A stretch of 63,265 nt of DNA, filler included, from Choristocarpus tenellus KU-1152 (Eukaryota; Protista; Phaeophyceae): the NCBI GenBank assembly GCA_964200185.2. It is 8 parts of 8 records of this genome, joined end to end, with 100 filler letters (N's around TTAATTAATTAA, not from the genome) between each part and the next. Parts side by side here need not be neighbours in the genome. Positions count along the whole stretch, not along the records: positions 37,921 to 42,581 come from CAXNAD020013575.1; positions 42,682 to 50,141 come from CAXNAD020006117.1; positions 50,242 to 58,018 come from CAXNAD020005595.1; 5 more parts are not named here. The stretch is one strand, 5' to 3'. Positions 37,921 through 51,558 of the stretch are shown here, piece after piece. The translations under genes were made by a program, and so were the position numbers. The notes beneath the pieces are model-generated. The model had not been told where the DNA came from, did no database searches, and worked only from the letters and a program-made list of their open reading frames with translations. Positions within the stretch are counted from its first letter, which is position 1. Each line of letters starts with the position of its first letter.

Positions 37921-38184
37921 GGGGCGGGGGGGGGGGGGGGCGGTTGGCGGAGGGGGATTAGGAACAGGCCATAACAAACTCGGTAACCATGCTTGCAATG
38001 ATGTATCTATCATAGTTATTATTGTTTCCTTGTGGATACTCCAATGAGGTAGCCAGAATCGCCATTCGGAGAGTAATAAAGACAAGGCACCCTGGCAGCA
38101 GTGGCAGCAGTGCTTGTTGTGAGGTCAAAACACAGAATCGTGCCTTCTCCTCCTCTCAAAGCACCGCCAGCCTGTAAGGCGTCG

Positions 38185-38437
38185 AAATTGTTCTGCCTGC
38201 GGTAGAACAATATATCTACATGGAACAGATATTGTTCTTGTTCTGCCTGCAGTGGATTAAGATATTGGTACTTATATAAACATTGTTTCTGCCTACAAAT
38301 AGAAATATAATAGGTACACATTTATAAAAATTGTTCTGCCTACGACGGAACATACATTACATATAATCAAAATTGTTCTGCCCAGAATAGAACATACATC
38401 ATGGATGATCAAAATTGTTCCGATGATAACGGAACAC
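38185..38437. repeat. Six degenerate, mostly palindromic repeats AAATTGTTCTGCC...GAACA, 42-48 bp period
   Basis: Copies start near 38185, 38235, 38280, 38328, 38370, 38412. Confidence 0.75.
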
Positions 38438-39599
38438 AATATGATTGGAACCGAATCTACGGCGTGGAATCACACTATCACCAAACAAGAAAATGTGTAA
38501 CAGACTTCAATAAAAAGACAAAATACCCCCCCAGAACAAACGTAAAAATTAAAATAAAATAAAATACAGAAAAGTAAATAAGCAATATTTCAAAAACACT
38601 AGGGGTTTGCACACACAAGGGCATGTCCATTCACACTTAAAAAAAATAGCGAAAACATCGCACATCATCAACATATCCTCACCATTATAAATAGTTTTAT
38701 CAACAAAAGAAATAGAGCCAGCCAAGGTCTGCATCTACCAACGCCTGGCCCCGTCCCACACAACTCCCGAAATTGTAAAAAAAAAAATAAGAGGAGAAAA
38801 AAAAAAGCATTAAAAAAAAAAAATGTTCTTCAATCAAGTACTTTTTTTTTTAAACAGTAAAAAAAAAATCAACTGAGCAATTATCAGCCCAGTCCGGTAC
38901 CACGAATGCTTCCAACCAGTGTTAAAAAAATAATATATACTACACTTTTTCATTTCAAAAGTACTTCAAAAAAAATGGAATCGCATTTCTTTAATTACTT
39001 TTTCTTTTATTATTGATTTTTTTTTTAGTAACGGAGGTGCTCTTATTTCATTTTATTTTGCACAAAATCGGATCAAAAACGAACGCAATTTCTTATTTAT
39101 TTGAAAGAAATAAAAAAAGGGCATTCGAATACATTAAAAAAAAATGTTTTTGTGTTCTTGCCTACACAAAAAACCCTTCGTAAATTTCTCCTTCCGACAA
39201 ACAATAAAAAAAAAAACTCCTAAATGCTTTGGGTCTCTCTCTCTCTCTCTATGTAGTATGCACACCAGGTACTTGGGTCAGAGGGTTAGGGTTAGGGTAC
39301 TTGGTGAGAAAATAGGAGGGTTCAAATTATTAAAAAAAACACGCAGGGAACACCAGCAAAAATATAAAAGCAATAAAACCTCCTTAAAACGTTGCTTCTG
39401 TTATTTCCCCATGGTTTGATTGGAGACATTGTGTGCATGGCTCTGGCCGTTACAAACTAAACTAAACTAAACTGAACTAAACATTATATTTTTTTTAGTC
39501 AGGTGCAAGTATCCGTTGTTATTTTTTTTCATTTCATTTTTCTTATGTTCTACCTCCGACCACGGTCATGAGAAGATGACCACGGTCATGAGAAGATGA

Positions 39600-39850
39600 G
39601 TCACAATACAATATGATACAACATAATATGATACAATATAATATGATACAATGCAAAACGATTAAATACAATAGATACCATACAATAGGTATAATACAAC
39701 AAATAAATAGATACCATACAACAAACACAATACAATACAGTACATTCATTCCAATACATACAATACAATACAGACAATACAGTAAATCGAGTCCAATATA
39801 TAAAAACAAAAAAAACATACAATACAACACACACAATACATACCATACAG
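39600..39850. repeat. Degenerate (ATACA)n low-complexity tract
   Basis: Direct reading; preceded by a 20-bp tandem duplication GACCACGGTCATGAGAAGAT. Confidence 0.8.
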
Positions 39851-40334
39851 TAAATCCAGTCCAAAAAATAATTACTACCCATAAAACATAATGCTTATAA
39901 TAGATGCAATAAAATACAAGACATTACTTTATGCCTACAGACCTTTCTGCAGGTGATGTCATGGGGAGGACAAGAAGCAGCACACAAGCCAGAAATACAC
40001 CTCTAACCCAATCCCTAACCCTAAATAGTACTGGGTAATCAAATGGAACTTACTCATAAAATGAAGTACCTATTAATACCATACTAACATACATATATAA
40101 TACCATACATACTACCATACTAACATACAATGCAATACATGACATACACCTATTGCATGTCATAATTGCATGTATATTAATATTAATATAAAAAATGTTT
40201 ACATCCAAACTATTCTCATGCATTCACAGTCAATGTAACTAAACGCCATCACAGATCCATCCATCCATCCATCCATCCAACTACCTATCATCCAACTCCA
40301 AAGAAATCACAAAATATTAATATCATTGTCATAC

Positions 40335-40648
40335 ATACATGCATCCAACTACTCACTACACTACTCCAAAAAACACCAAATTATTCATATCACATAGGCA
40401 CGCATGCAAACACCCACCACACAACTAAATATATATATATATATCATCATCATACACACATGCATCCCACTAACTACCTACCCACTGCACGACTCCAAAC
40501 AAATCACGAAATTTATATAAATCATCAAACATGCATGCATCCACTAACTACCCCTACCAAATAACTCCAAAAAAATCACAAAAAATATTAATATTATTAT
40601 CATGCACACATGCATCCAACTACCCACTACACTACTTTAAAATAAATA

Positions 40649-40679
<31 letters not shown>

Positions 40680-40821
40680 TAACCACGATCACCTATGCAC
40701 GCATGCATCCAACTACTCACTACACTACTTTAAAATATAATAATAATAATAATAATAATAAAATAACCACGATCACCTATGCACGCATGCATCCAACTAC
40801 CCACTACACTACTTTAAAATA

Positions 40822-40852
<31 letters not shown>

Positions 40853-40907
40853 TAACCACGATCACCTATGCACGCATGCATCCAACTACCCACTACACTA
40901 CTTTAAA

Positions 40908-40950
<43 letters not shown>

Positions 40951-41039
40951 CACGATCACCTATGCACGCATGCATCCAACTACCTATGATACAACACCTC
41001 CAAAATCACATCACATCACATCACATCACATCACATCAC
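40335..41039. repeat. About 84-93 bp tandem repeat with variable internal (AAT)n, followed by (TCACA)n
   Basis: Unit CATGCATCCAACTACCCACTACACTACTTTAAAAT(AAT)n..AACCACGATCACCTATGCACG, four near-perfect copies plus older copies upstream. Confidence 0.9.
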
Positions 41040-41177
41040 CTTGATTCCTTGCCAAGACTTGTGTCGATTGACCCTGTCTTCCACGTAGAACCTGAGGTAT
41101 CTCGCTAATCGGTGCATGAAAGATGTTCCTGGTGTGATGATGTTGCTATCCCAAGCACCCTTCGACATCGGAGGTAC
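41040..41177 (-). CDS. XRN2: Internal exon of a 5'-3' exoribonuclease (XRN2/Rat1-like)
   Basis: TAG|...|GT-bounded 138-nt exon: VPPMSKGAWDSNIITPGTSFMHRLARYLRFYVEDRVNRHKSWQGIK, with the XRN hallmark DSN.ITPGT.FM. Not in the ORF track. XRN2 versus XRN1 is a judgement. Confidence 0.85.
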
Positions 41178-41190
41178 CTAACACACACAT

Positions 41191-41224
<34 letters not shown>

Positions 41225-42581
41225 CAATAATAAGAAAAGGTTAACACACACACATAGCAATAATAATAAAAAATTAATACACACACACACAGCAATTATA
41301 AAAAAGTTAACACACACACAACAATAATAATAAAAAAATAATACACACAGACACAGCAAAAATAAAAAAGGCTAACACACACACAGAGCAATGATAAAAA
41401 ATATACTACTAAAAAAAACGATACGTGATCTCATCTTTCAAACGAGCTCAAACTTCTGTGTACTATTTATTATTATTACTGTTAAAGGAACCCTCCTCCC
41501 TCCTCCCCCCTCCCCCCCTCACGCGCCGCCCAAAGAACCATTGTTCTTAAGAGAACAATAACGTACAACTAGAATAGCACCATACATAAAAAAAAAAGGT
41601 GCTGCAATGGATGTCGTCACACTGGTCTTTGGTGACCCTCCCACCACAGTTTAATCACTCCCACGCCAACAACCTTCACTGTCCCCATCGTGAATCAAGG
41701 CATACATCATCAAAAAGGATACACGTGTACAAAAAGGATCTAAAAAAAAAATATGTATATACTGTCCACATCGTCAAAAATCAGAACTCAATATATAAAA
41801 TAAAATTAAAAATAAAAGAGAGAATACTTCCCCCATTCAATCGAAAAAAAAAGTTTAAGACTCTTCACAATAAATATATATATATATTTATTTATTTATT
41901 TTTAAATCCAGCGCTTCCTTCCATCCCGGTCGGAATTACGATTAGTTCCCCCCGTGCAACGCATCACACACACACACACACCAGTTGTATATTTCAAAAA
42001 AAAAAATCACCGACCCTAACCCTACCACGAAAACAGAAAAATTGTTTACGGCATTAAAAAAAAAAAGAATATTCAAATTTTCAAAAAAAAAAAATCTATA
42101 CGTGTGCGCTCTCAATCGAAGTAAGAGACACGCACGTGCGATAGCGTACCAGCAACGCTCCACCGGTTTTTTTCTTTTTATAAATCTATGTAAACGGTCG
42201 TAGTTTATTTTAAAAAATTAAAAAATAAGAATGACAGTGACAACGTTAGAGCTAGCCAAGGCATATTTTAGAAAAAAATGAAAAAAAAGGAGCAAAAAAA
42301 AAATGTCGTGATAGTTGTTGTAAGAACCAACACAATAAAAATTGGGAGTGGTAGTGACAGTCAAAGTGACGATAATATCTAAAAAGAGGTGAAAAAATAT
42401 ATATATATATTCCACAATATACAAAAAAAACGCAGGGGAGATATTAAAATTTTTAAAAAGGCTCTAAACCTTCTCAAGAGAGAACCTAAACAGAGTCATA
42501 AACAAAACAAAAAAACAAGCAAACCCCTCAACATTCAAAAACAACCCAAAACAGACTCCGCCCCCCCCCCCCCCCCCCCCC

Positions 42582-42681
42582 NNNNNNNNNNNNNNNNNNN
42601 NNNNNNNNNNNNNNNNNNNNNNNNNTTAATTAATTAANNNNNNNNNNNNNNNNNNNNNNNNNNNNNNNNNNNNNNNNNNNN
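42582..42681. other. Artificial contig spacer
   Basis: N44-TTAATTAATTAA-N44. Confidence 0.98.
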
Positions 42682-42752
42682 CAGACACCAAGCAATCTCG
42701 CCGGGTTTATCACCTTTATCCTCTTTGATGATTTTGGGGATACTTTAACATG

Positions 42753-42863
42753 AAATGTTTCGGAGTAGGTAAAATGTGTATGTTATGAAAAGCTGTGTCC
42801 GAATAAGGATATTGACACTTCCTAACAAAAACACAACAGTCAAAATTACATCAAAATCGCAAC
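42753..42863 (+). mobile_element. MITE family A, internal fragment
   Basis: Matches about 7877-7984 (AAATGTTT.GGAG.AGGTAAAATGTGTATGTTATGAAAAG...CAAAATCGCA). Confidence 0.8.
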
Positions 42864-42943
42864 TCCGCATTAATAGTCCAGCACGATTTTGGATAGAGGC
42901 TGTTACTCTTGAGTACGTTTCTAAGTGGGTGGCAAACTCTCAC

Positions 42944-45900
42944 CTCATTGTCCAGAATATTTTTTAAGAGCTCCCACTGCGAGTCACCAATGATTGGGTT
43001 TGTGTCTTCCACATCGTTTTGTCCCTTCTCCGGTCTATCAATATGATTGCACTGCCCCACAGGGATGATCTCTCGACTATCGAGAGAAAGAACGCCAATG
43101 GTTCCCCATCGAAAAGTTGTATAGTAGGCCTCATGGCTCTGGAGTTGGAGGATAGGTGAGTGGGTCGGAATGAGAATATTTGGGGAAATCATTGGACGGA
43201 GCCACCTTGCGCAACTCTGAAACAATGAACTTTCCAATGCTACCACCTCACAACAACAAAAGCAATAGGTTGCTGCTCACCTTCAAGGACTTGTAGTGAT
43301 CCGACCTATACTTAATACAACACAAACAAGAGCTCTGCTCGTGCACAATAGATATTCTAGGTTTGACCGTGTTATTTTCACAGAATGTTGTTTAACACTT
43401 GCTGGTCGAATCCGAGTTGATGTCGTTGAAATAGATGGTACCATACCTACTACTAGACTTTGCAAATAGGAGTTGATGAGAGTAAAAAATAAGGGGAACT
43501 GATGTAAGCCCACCTGTAACTTGGTGCCCCATTTGGTGTCCCACAACTGCCGTTGATATTCTCGGTACACCTTGTGTATGGGGCATAGGCAGATTGGAAG
43601 AACAAGCTTTTCCCTGTTGACTCGAGTGTACACACTTTCTGCTCACAAGCAAACAACCTACTTTAAAGTATGCACTTAACATTATAGAATATTGTACCTC
43701 GAATAATGAGATGTACACTAGTACTCCTTATCCATCAAGATGGGGATATTGCATTACCAAATACACCGTGTGGTATCCAATAATAGTAGGTATAGGGTAA
43801 AGATAACGCCAACAAAGCACCTCACGAGCCAGTCGCAAGAGCCTCCTTCCCACCAAGCCAAACTTTTCCAATGCTCCCTTTCGGCTGTACCCATTGCAGG
43901 CCTCGCTCTGACCCCACATCATAAGGTGCTGGCACGAGCTTAGGACCTGTCGTGTTGAGGGCTGGTTCCATATCTTTGTACAAGGGTAAGAGAGGAATGA
44001 CAGAAATAATTACTATATGTGAACAATCAATTGTTTTAAGAATGACAAGGGTTATGTGGTAGTAGCCAGGTTGTACAGGTTTTCTGCATCACACAAGAAC
44101 TTTGCTATGGCTGTTATAGGCTGTGAATTAAATTGTGAGTAGCATTTCATAGGCGAATCCAGTACCATTTCACTCATGAAAGAATATGTCACTATCTCTT
44201 TTCCTACCACACCTGGCCTCACCCGACCCTCTCTGTATTGGTTAGTCAAACAAAAACCAAGACATGATGTATGTCAAGGGTGCAAGAAAGGCAAATGCCT
44301 GCTCACAAACACCATGTTCTACACAATATGATCCACATTCTCTATTCCAGAACACACCTTAACCTCCCAACTAACCTTACACTTCCCACCTCCTTGCTCC
44401 AACACCTTTGCCTTACCTTCCTATACTCCTCTCTGAACCTCTCCTTGACTGCAATCATGGCCTGTGCTTCAGCAGCGGGAGACACCTTACCCTGCCGTCG
44501 CTTATCTTCGACCTCAGAAAGGAAAGTGCCACAGGTCTCGAAAGCAGATGTAAGATCGACCTGCCCACCCACGTGCAAAATCACCTCCAGGCCATGCCAT
44601 GGTTCTTTCAATCTACTGGCTAGGGTTTCCCACAGGTTTATCTCTGCCACCGGGAGTTCCCCTGGCCTGTCGTTAGAGACAGCTGCCATGACCATGTCTG
44701 GAAAAGAGCTGTGAGGTGTGGTTAGATAACCTGCGGTTTGGCACAAAGCAAGGTGGATGTGCAAGCGGGGGGTGAAGAAAGGGGGTGATCTAAGGAGGGA
44801 GAGGCCTCCAGCCTGTTGGTTCAATTCAATTGCAAGGTGTGGCACTATAGTGTGATACCTGAGAAATTATACACAATAGCAGAATCCATAGCAGCATATC
44901 GCCAAATTGTCGGATCATTGCAGACAGCACCATTATATTCGGGATGCAAATGAAGTCAATGGAGCGTTTTGTGTTTGTTTGGGACACATACAGAGGATAG
45001 GTCGTGCTCTTTCATTGTAACAAAGAGTGATAAACCTCACTGATGAACAGACAAGACCAGACATATGTGAGGGATTCCCTGAGTATAGCTTGTCTCATGC
45101 ATGAAGAGACTAAGCCCCTCATTCCCTTCCGTCTTTTCATTCTGTTGCGTACCCTGGGTCTCTACACACACATAAAGCAGCCTCACCAAGCCGATCATGA
45201 CCATTCACAACGCCTTCAAACTCTATGAGGTACTTCCGAGATGATCTCAGACCCTGCATCCAGAATGAGCGCGGTCGCCTCGCTCTCAGATACCTCTCAA
45301 CTCTGAACTCCTCACTGGTGAGGACATCACGCATCTTGGAACAAGGAAGGTGGGTGAGTGTTTTGTTTAGGTTTGTTGACGGGAATACAGTAAATTTTTA
45401 GATATTGTGAGGCATCCTTTACAGGCTGTAAAATCTGTTGAGCTTTAGCAGGGACTCACAACACAACTTTCAAATGGAAGAGGCATTACCTTGATAAGGC
45501 ATCAACGACTTGAAGTGTTGGAATATAATTTTGAAATCTAATATCATAATCTGATGTGCACACGACTATAAATACTACAAAGTATGGACTCAAAGCTGAA
45601 ATCATTGCCACCATATGCTACATCTTCAGTAGAGTATCAAAGATTTGTTTACTACTTCAAAGAATGTCACAAGTTAGACCCCCATTCCAGCCACTCCTCA
45701 GCACACACTCAACCGCCGCCTCAGATCGAAATATCTTTTAATTTGTTAAAACTAACTCGACTTCGACCTCACCAAGCAGGTGACAGTACCAGGGGTGTCC
45801 ACCTCCAACAGTATTGGCACTCGGCAGCTCTCACGGTTCCCTTCACCTCGTGGCAAAACATCCACCTTACCCACAACTGGACCAAGGATGACACTCCCTC

Positions 45901-48900
45901 CACAAGAGGTCTCTTCTCCAGCAGCTTCAGATCCCAATCCTGATCCTAGTGCAGGACTTGCACCTGGAGCTGTGTCTAGCCCCTGAACTCGGACAGAGGT
46001 ATCGACCGGATCTGCCACATGTTTGCCACCACCACGGTACACTAGGAATGGCTCAATACGGGCACTCCTGGGTTCTGAGATGACGTTTAACAGACCAAAG
46101 CTGGGTTGATGGTGGAATAGACAAAGTCCACTCCCCCGGACACCCTGTACACCACTCTCGACCCTTTCCCCGTCCCTTCTGCCCTCACTCGAGGAGACTT
46201 CCAGCTGTTGGATTTTTAGGGGGGGTATTTTATTGCTGTTGGAACCTCTCTCTGGTTCTGATGTCACAATGGGATAGTGTGTGAAAGTAATCCTGTCTCC
46301 GATGGTCCCAGGCAATAGCATCCATGGACAAGGAGTGGTAGCATCAGATATTGGGCCAACACAAAGTTGTGTAATTTTTCCACCTGTCTGATGGTCCTCA
46401 ATTACTGTTCGCACCCCAGACCTTCAAGGAAGGGTCAATGGAAGAGAGACACATTAGAATAGCGTTGGGTGAGATCTTGAGTCTTTCCTTTCAGGAAATG
46501 ATATTCAGGTATATTTATTTGGAGGAGGATGGGGCAATTCCAGGGATAGGGCAAAAGTGTGGAACAGTGACATATAAGGGACAGAGATGGGGTTTGAGGG
46601 TAGCGGAGGTTTCCTATGAAGCATGTTATATATATATAATGCAAGAAAGTTGTGGAGATCTTCATGTGTTGTAGTGGTGGATCAGACAGCAGTTCTTGTG
46701 CTGCAAGGCCACGTTCAGTTGTCTCATACGCCTTTATCCTGTCATCGAATATCTTGGACACACCTTGTCCCAGCGCAGAGCAGCACAACATCCCTCTTGA
46801 TCGGCAGACCTTCCTCATCTTTGTGCTGGACATCCCCATGAAAAGCCCAGTCAAACAGGCTTTCCAGAAGGTCCTGGCATGGAAGGTTTGAGTAGCATGT
46901 ATTGTGGGTGATACAACAGGTTTCTACTGCAGCATACTATGTGCTCCGAGGCACTCCTAGAAAGTCCCCATTGTCTGCTTGACTAGATGGATAAGCAGAG
47001 AGAACTCGACAAGTGTGGCAACAACAAATGTTATTTTTTGGCCTTGGACGACCAAATGATGAAGTTATCGTCCTGGAGCATGTTGATTGAAGTCCCTGCC
47101 ACAAATCCATGTCGATGTCTTGTATAGAGATCGATATTAAGCATGTGAAAGGGACAAGGAATGTAGGAACTGCATGTTGAACTATGTTTTAACACTGCAG
47201 TGGACAATAAGGCTTAAAACATCAACACCTTTTCCGTCCTGGGTAGTCGAAGAAAATTTGTTGGAATATATTGCTCTCAGGTGTATCTTACCCCAACCTA
47301 TCGTGTGCTAAAACATGCATCCTCTACACACCATGCTACCAATGACCTGCCCGTCTTCGAAGGTCAATACAACCTTTCATACACCCATACCATACTCTTC
47401 CACCAAGAGTATCCTCTCCATATTGCATGAGACCTCTGAAATAGTGTAAACTGCAATATACTCTGGAGTAGCACCCTGGAGTGTTAGTCGCTACTCCTGA
47501 TGCCTCTGAGGTCCACAAATACCCCTCGCCAGGTAAATCACTTCCTGTACTTTGTGCCCAACAAGCTTGTCCTCAATACCCTTCACCATTGAACTCTTCC
47601 TTCCAACTCTAGCAACATTAACCTTTTCGCAATTCTAATCCCTCAGGTTGTCTTGATTTTTATCGTGTTTTGTGGCCTACAAGGGACCGGACATGGGTAT
47701 GGGGGTATCGGCAGACCTGAAGAAAGGGTGCATGGTAGCTCCAATGAAATTCCGGCCTTTTCTCGTCATAGAAGTCGCTCATTGGACCCACTTCTGAAGG
47801 TGATAACATTGCCAGCTTTGGGGTCTATACAATGACAATCCCGACACATAATAGGATCGGGAGTTGGAGTTTGGACAGCATTGCAGAGTGGGAGATATTT
47901 TTATATAGATACTAGATGAGGGTGACAATGGGTTAATACCCTAATGCTAGGATTGTCTAGTGGGTGGGAGAAAGATTGCAGTAAACAAGTTTAGGTCAGC
48001 ACACTTTATCCTAGGTTTGTGTACTACTGCTCTCGCTTGATAGCATTCAACTCAACAGTGATGTAAACACATACACATAACCTCAAGAGATCAGATTGGT
48101 ACCATGGGAAAACACTAACATTTTCATATGTCAAACAAGTATCCTCAAGGGCTAGGGTTAGGTCACTAGGTGGTCCATGTCATAAGAGGTACTCCATGCA
48201 AAAGAAATAACATCAAACTGTGCTTTTTTCACCTTTTCCTCTTTCTCGATCCGTTTTATCTCGGCCCTGCCCTTTTTGCCCTGCTTCTTGAGCTCTTTCT
48301 TGATTTTCTTGAGGTATTTCTCTCGCTCCTTCTGACGCTCAGAACTCTCTGCGGGGGCCTGAAATAGGCAACACATACTGACGTGGATTCTTGGCGTATA
48401 TCTTCTTTGGTCAACACTCCAGTGTATCTATTGTGTATATGAAGGGCCTAAAGTGTGAAAAGGAATTGTATGTCTTGAGGGAAAGCTAGTTTGCAATCGT
48501 GCCGAGAGTCAAGAAGGTGATAGGCCTGGTGTAATCTCTACTTCAGGGATGCAGATACTCGTCCTCAGTATTTTTCCTCAAATGGCCAAACAGCTTAGAC
48601 CTATTTTGCGACTCTCCTCGAGCTGGCATCTCCTCATAATCTTAAATCATTCACGTGAGACAATGTGCGTATTGAGGTAGTAGTCCATGTAATGTTGCAG
48701 TATTCTCGAAGAAATTGCAATGAGAAACTCAACTGGACATCACTTCATGCATAGAAACTTTTAAAGTTTAGATTGTTAATCCTGCTATAGTTGTCAGGTA
48801 GGAAACTCTCTATCAATACTATTTCTTGACCCACCCAGATGATTCAGACCTGGAACCAATCAATAACGTTTCTTGGTAACCAATTAATATGTTCAATGTA

Positions 48901-50141
48901 TTAGGACCTAGTGTCCAGGTCCAGGAAGTCTCACTGACGGGCCGAAGCAGTGCGTGTGCCCTATGACCAGGCTTGCGGCACCTTCCACAATGAACATTTC
49001 TGTAGTACTGGGGCAAGGCTAATAGTACCTTGAATGTAGGTTGTGGGTTCAAATTTGTATTTGAAAAAAATGGAGGGGCAGTCTGCCCATAAATCTATGC
49101 AGAACATCACCAGATAGGCTTTGTGAGTACAGATATGTACACTTGGTAAGCCATAGGGTGACATAGTCCTACTGAAGTAAGAAGCTCGATCGCGGAACAG
49201 ACCGCCAACAAATGTAATATTTTTCTCATGAATATACACTACAACATTCTCACGCACCATACATTATTGGGGTCAAATCACCAACCTCTTGAACACCACA
49301 TCAACCTCACAATGGTCAGGTATATGCATAGGTGCTGACCCCTTATCATGAGTTCTTACTTGGTGTTCCAGTTCAAACTGTCTTGGTCCATACTCCCATG
49401 CATAGCCTTTTCTTTAGAAAAAAAAGATTTTGATTCGAAAAAAGTTTGAGAAAGATTATTCAACCGAACTAAATATCAATATTCCGAGTGCATTTTTACC
49501 AATTCACACCTTGGGGTGGACCATGGGCTCCGAGACCATAGGTGTACCACTGCACACCACCAGAGATGTCATTGAAGGAGTGGCCATCGCTTTCCTCAGC
49601 ATCTTTTCCTGTCTAAAGAACCATATAATTGGCAATAGATAGAGTTACTCAAAAAGCATTGGAGAAATGGTAGTACAGAGCTCAATTACTGGGCAAGGGT
49701 GTCAAAAGAGTTCTCCATATAGATAAATACAACTTGCTTGGACATAGTAGACCACCGTTGCTCCTCCCTGCATTAGGCAAATGAATACTATTCTCTTCAA
49801 ATATTAGAAATCCCCTTCTATACCATCCGGAACTGAATTCACTCATGACCCTCACCTTTTGGAAAGCAGTGGTGTTGGCTCGTAACCAGATCTACCTCCA
49901 CCCTCGCCCCCATCCTCTTCCTTACTCTCCTCTTCGATTCTCAATTCACCCAGCCCCCATGGCTGGTTCCCCCAGACGTCCAGCATTAGGATCCCGATCC
50001 CCTCAAACTGTTTGAAAATTCCCCTGTCACTCTCCTCCTTACTCAGCTGTTCTTTTTTGACATCATGTTTGGTGTTTTTGCCCCCCTCCCCCCCTTCCCC
50101 CCCCCCTCTCCCCCCCCCCCCCACACCCACCCAACCCCCTC
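42944..50141 (-). CDS. Large protein with tandem PhoD-like metallophosphoesterase domains, internal fragment, 11 exons
   Basis: Frame-consistent exons: 49856-(50141), 49510-49612, 48233-48358, 47717-47824, 46764-46873, 45773-46421, 45187-45334, 44417-44730, 43821-43973, 43514-43570, 42944-43138. PhoD-like order GPVVGKV..., ILHVGGQVD, W.QP....LSSC.HLMMWG, YREYQ, IGVLSLDSR, IIGDSQW; the G...LD / PL....Q block appears twice. Confidence 0.78.
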
Positions 50142-50241
50142 NNNNNNNNNNNNNNNNNNNNNNNNNNNNNNNNNNNNNNNNNNNNTTAATTAATTAANNN
50201 NNNNNNNNNNNNNNNNNNNNNNNNNNNNNNNNNNNNNNNNN
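50142..50241. other. Artificial contig spacer
   Basis: N44-TTAATTAATTAA-N44. Confidence 0.98.
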
Positions 50242-50613
50242 GGGGGAGTCTGTGCAGAACTGCCAAGGTGTTCATGGGGTTTGCAGTCGTAGCGCTTTTG
50301 AATACATCTTCCAATAGATGCGTAGGGTTTGAGCTCTGGGCCAGACATCTCTGAATGCAATGTATGTATGCTTGTTATTGGATGGAGCAACAAGTGTTAG
50401 TCAGTAGACATTGCACACGTACGTGTAAAGACTGTATTAAAGTCCAGGGAGGAATAATTGCGAGCACCTTCACCCACCATTTTCTTCCTTTGATCTTCGA
50501 TTCCTTTTGTGTCTGATGCACCCTCCCCTCTTGTGTCACACTTGATACAGATGTGCCTTCTTCAGAGGCTTGCACCACCGTCCACCCCCCCGACTTCGTC
50601 TTGGATTGCCTAG

Positions 50614-51558
50614 GGGGGCACCCAGCCACGTAGCTGGGGGGGATGCAATGGGTGTCCAGGACAATCTTGGGAAGGACTGGCAGCACTCGCTGGTGCTTGC
50701 AACAGGCAGTGCTGATGGGAATATCCACATGTTTGATCTTTCCAAGAGTCAGGTGCGGAAGGAATGGACAGATGGGATACCTGGAATGGCGAGAACTAGA
50801 GTACTGTTGTTGCATGATCAAGGTGGAAGAGCTGAATTGGAGGTTGGGTGTGCTTGTGGGATATTTGAGAGAGAGCATGGGAGAAGAGGATTGTTGGGAG
50901 GAAACTGGATCAGTAACCGCAGGCAGGGTCCATGGAGGACACACTGGTGGAGTTGAGATACTTATTTTGTGGGTATCATCATGGGAAGCATAGTAATCAT
51001 TCCAAGGATGTAGGTTAAGACGCCTCATCAAGGCGCTGTGGACTGTGCATCGATCCAGCACTTTGCCCCACTCAAAGGAGCTCTTGTAATGCACAAAACA
51101 ATCTCACTGGAAGGGGCTTACTGGATTTGCAATGTGCAGGACATACACCAGTGTGCATGCATGAATGCTGTTTTTGAACCCCAGCTGAAGTCACGACTAT
51201 TCTAACACAGACTTTCTTCTAGCTTGCCCTCCCTTCCTCACTACTTCCATCCAAATACCTTCCACTGTTCCACCTATTGCTGAGAGCGTTGCTTCTTAGC
51301 TCTCGTCTCTCCCCATTTGACCTCCTCACCATGTCCACATCCCTTGCCCCCAATTCCTTTTATTTGATTGTCAATTGCTCGGGGGGTGGGGGGTCTTACA
51401 TGGTACAGGGGGAGGAAATGCAAATACTCCGTGGCCATGAAGACAGGGTCTACTCTGTGGACTTTCACCCTATGGACCCCAAGCTTGTCTCCTGCAGTGC
51501 TGATAGTACAGTGCGAATATGGGTACCAATGCGTAAACGCCCCAACACCTGCAAGTAG
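50614..51558 (+). CDS. WD40-repeat protein, last two exons
   Basis: Exons about 50614-50752 (LATGSADGNIHMFD) and 51409-51558 (LRGHEDRVYSVDFHP..PKLVSCSADSTVRIW...stop). Confidence 0.85.

Noticed and set aside
38185-38437. CRISPR array
   Set aside because: Repeats are degenerate, linkers are only about 17-24 nt and partly related, no cas genes are present, and the context is eukaryotic.
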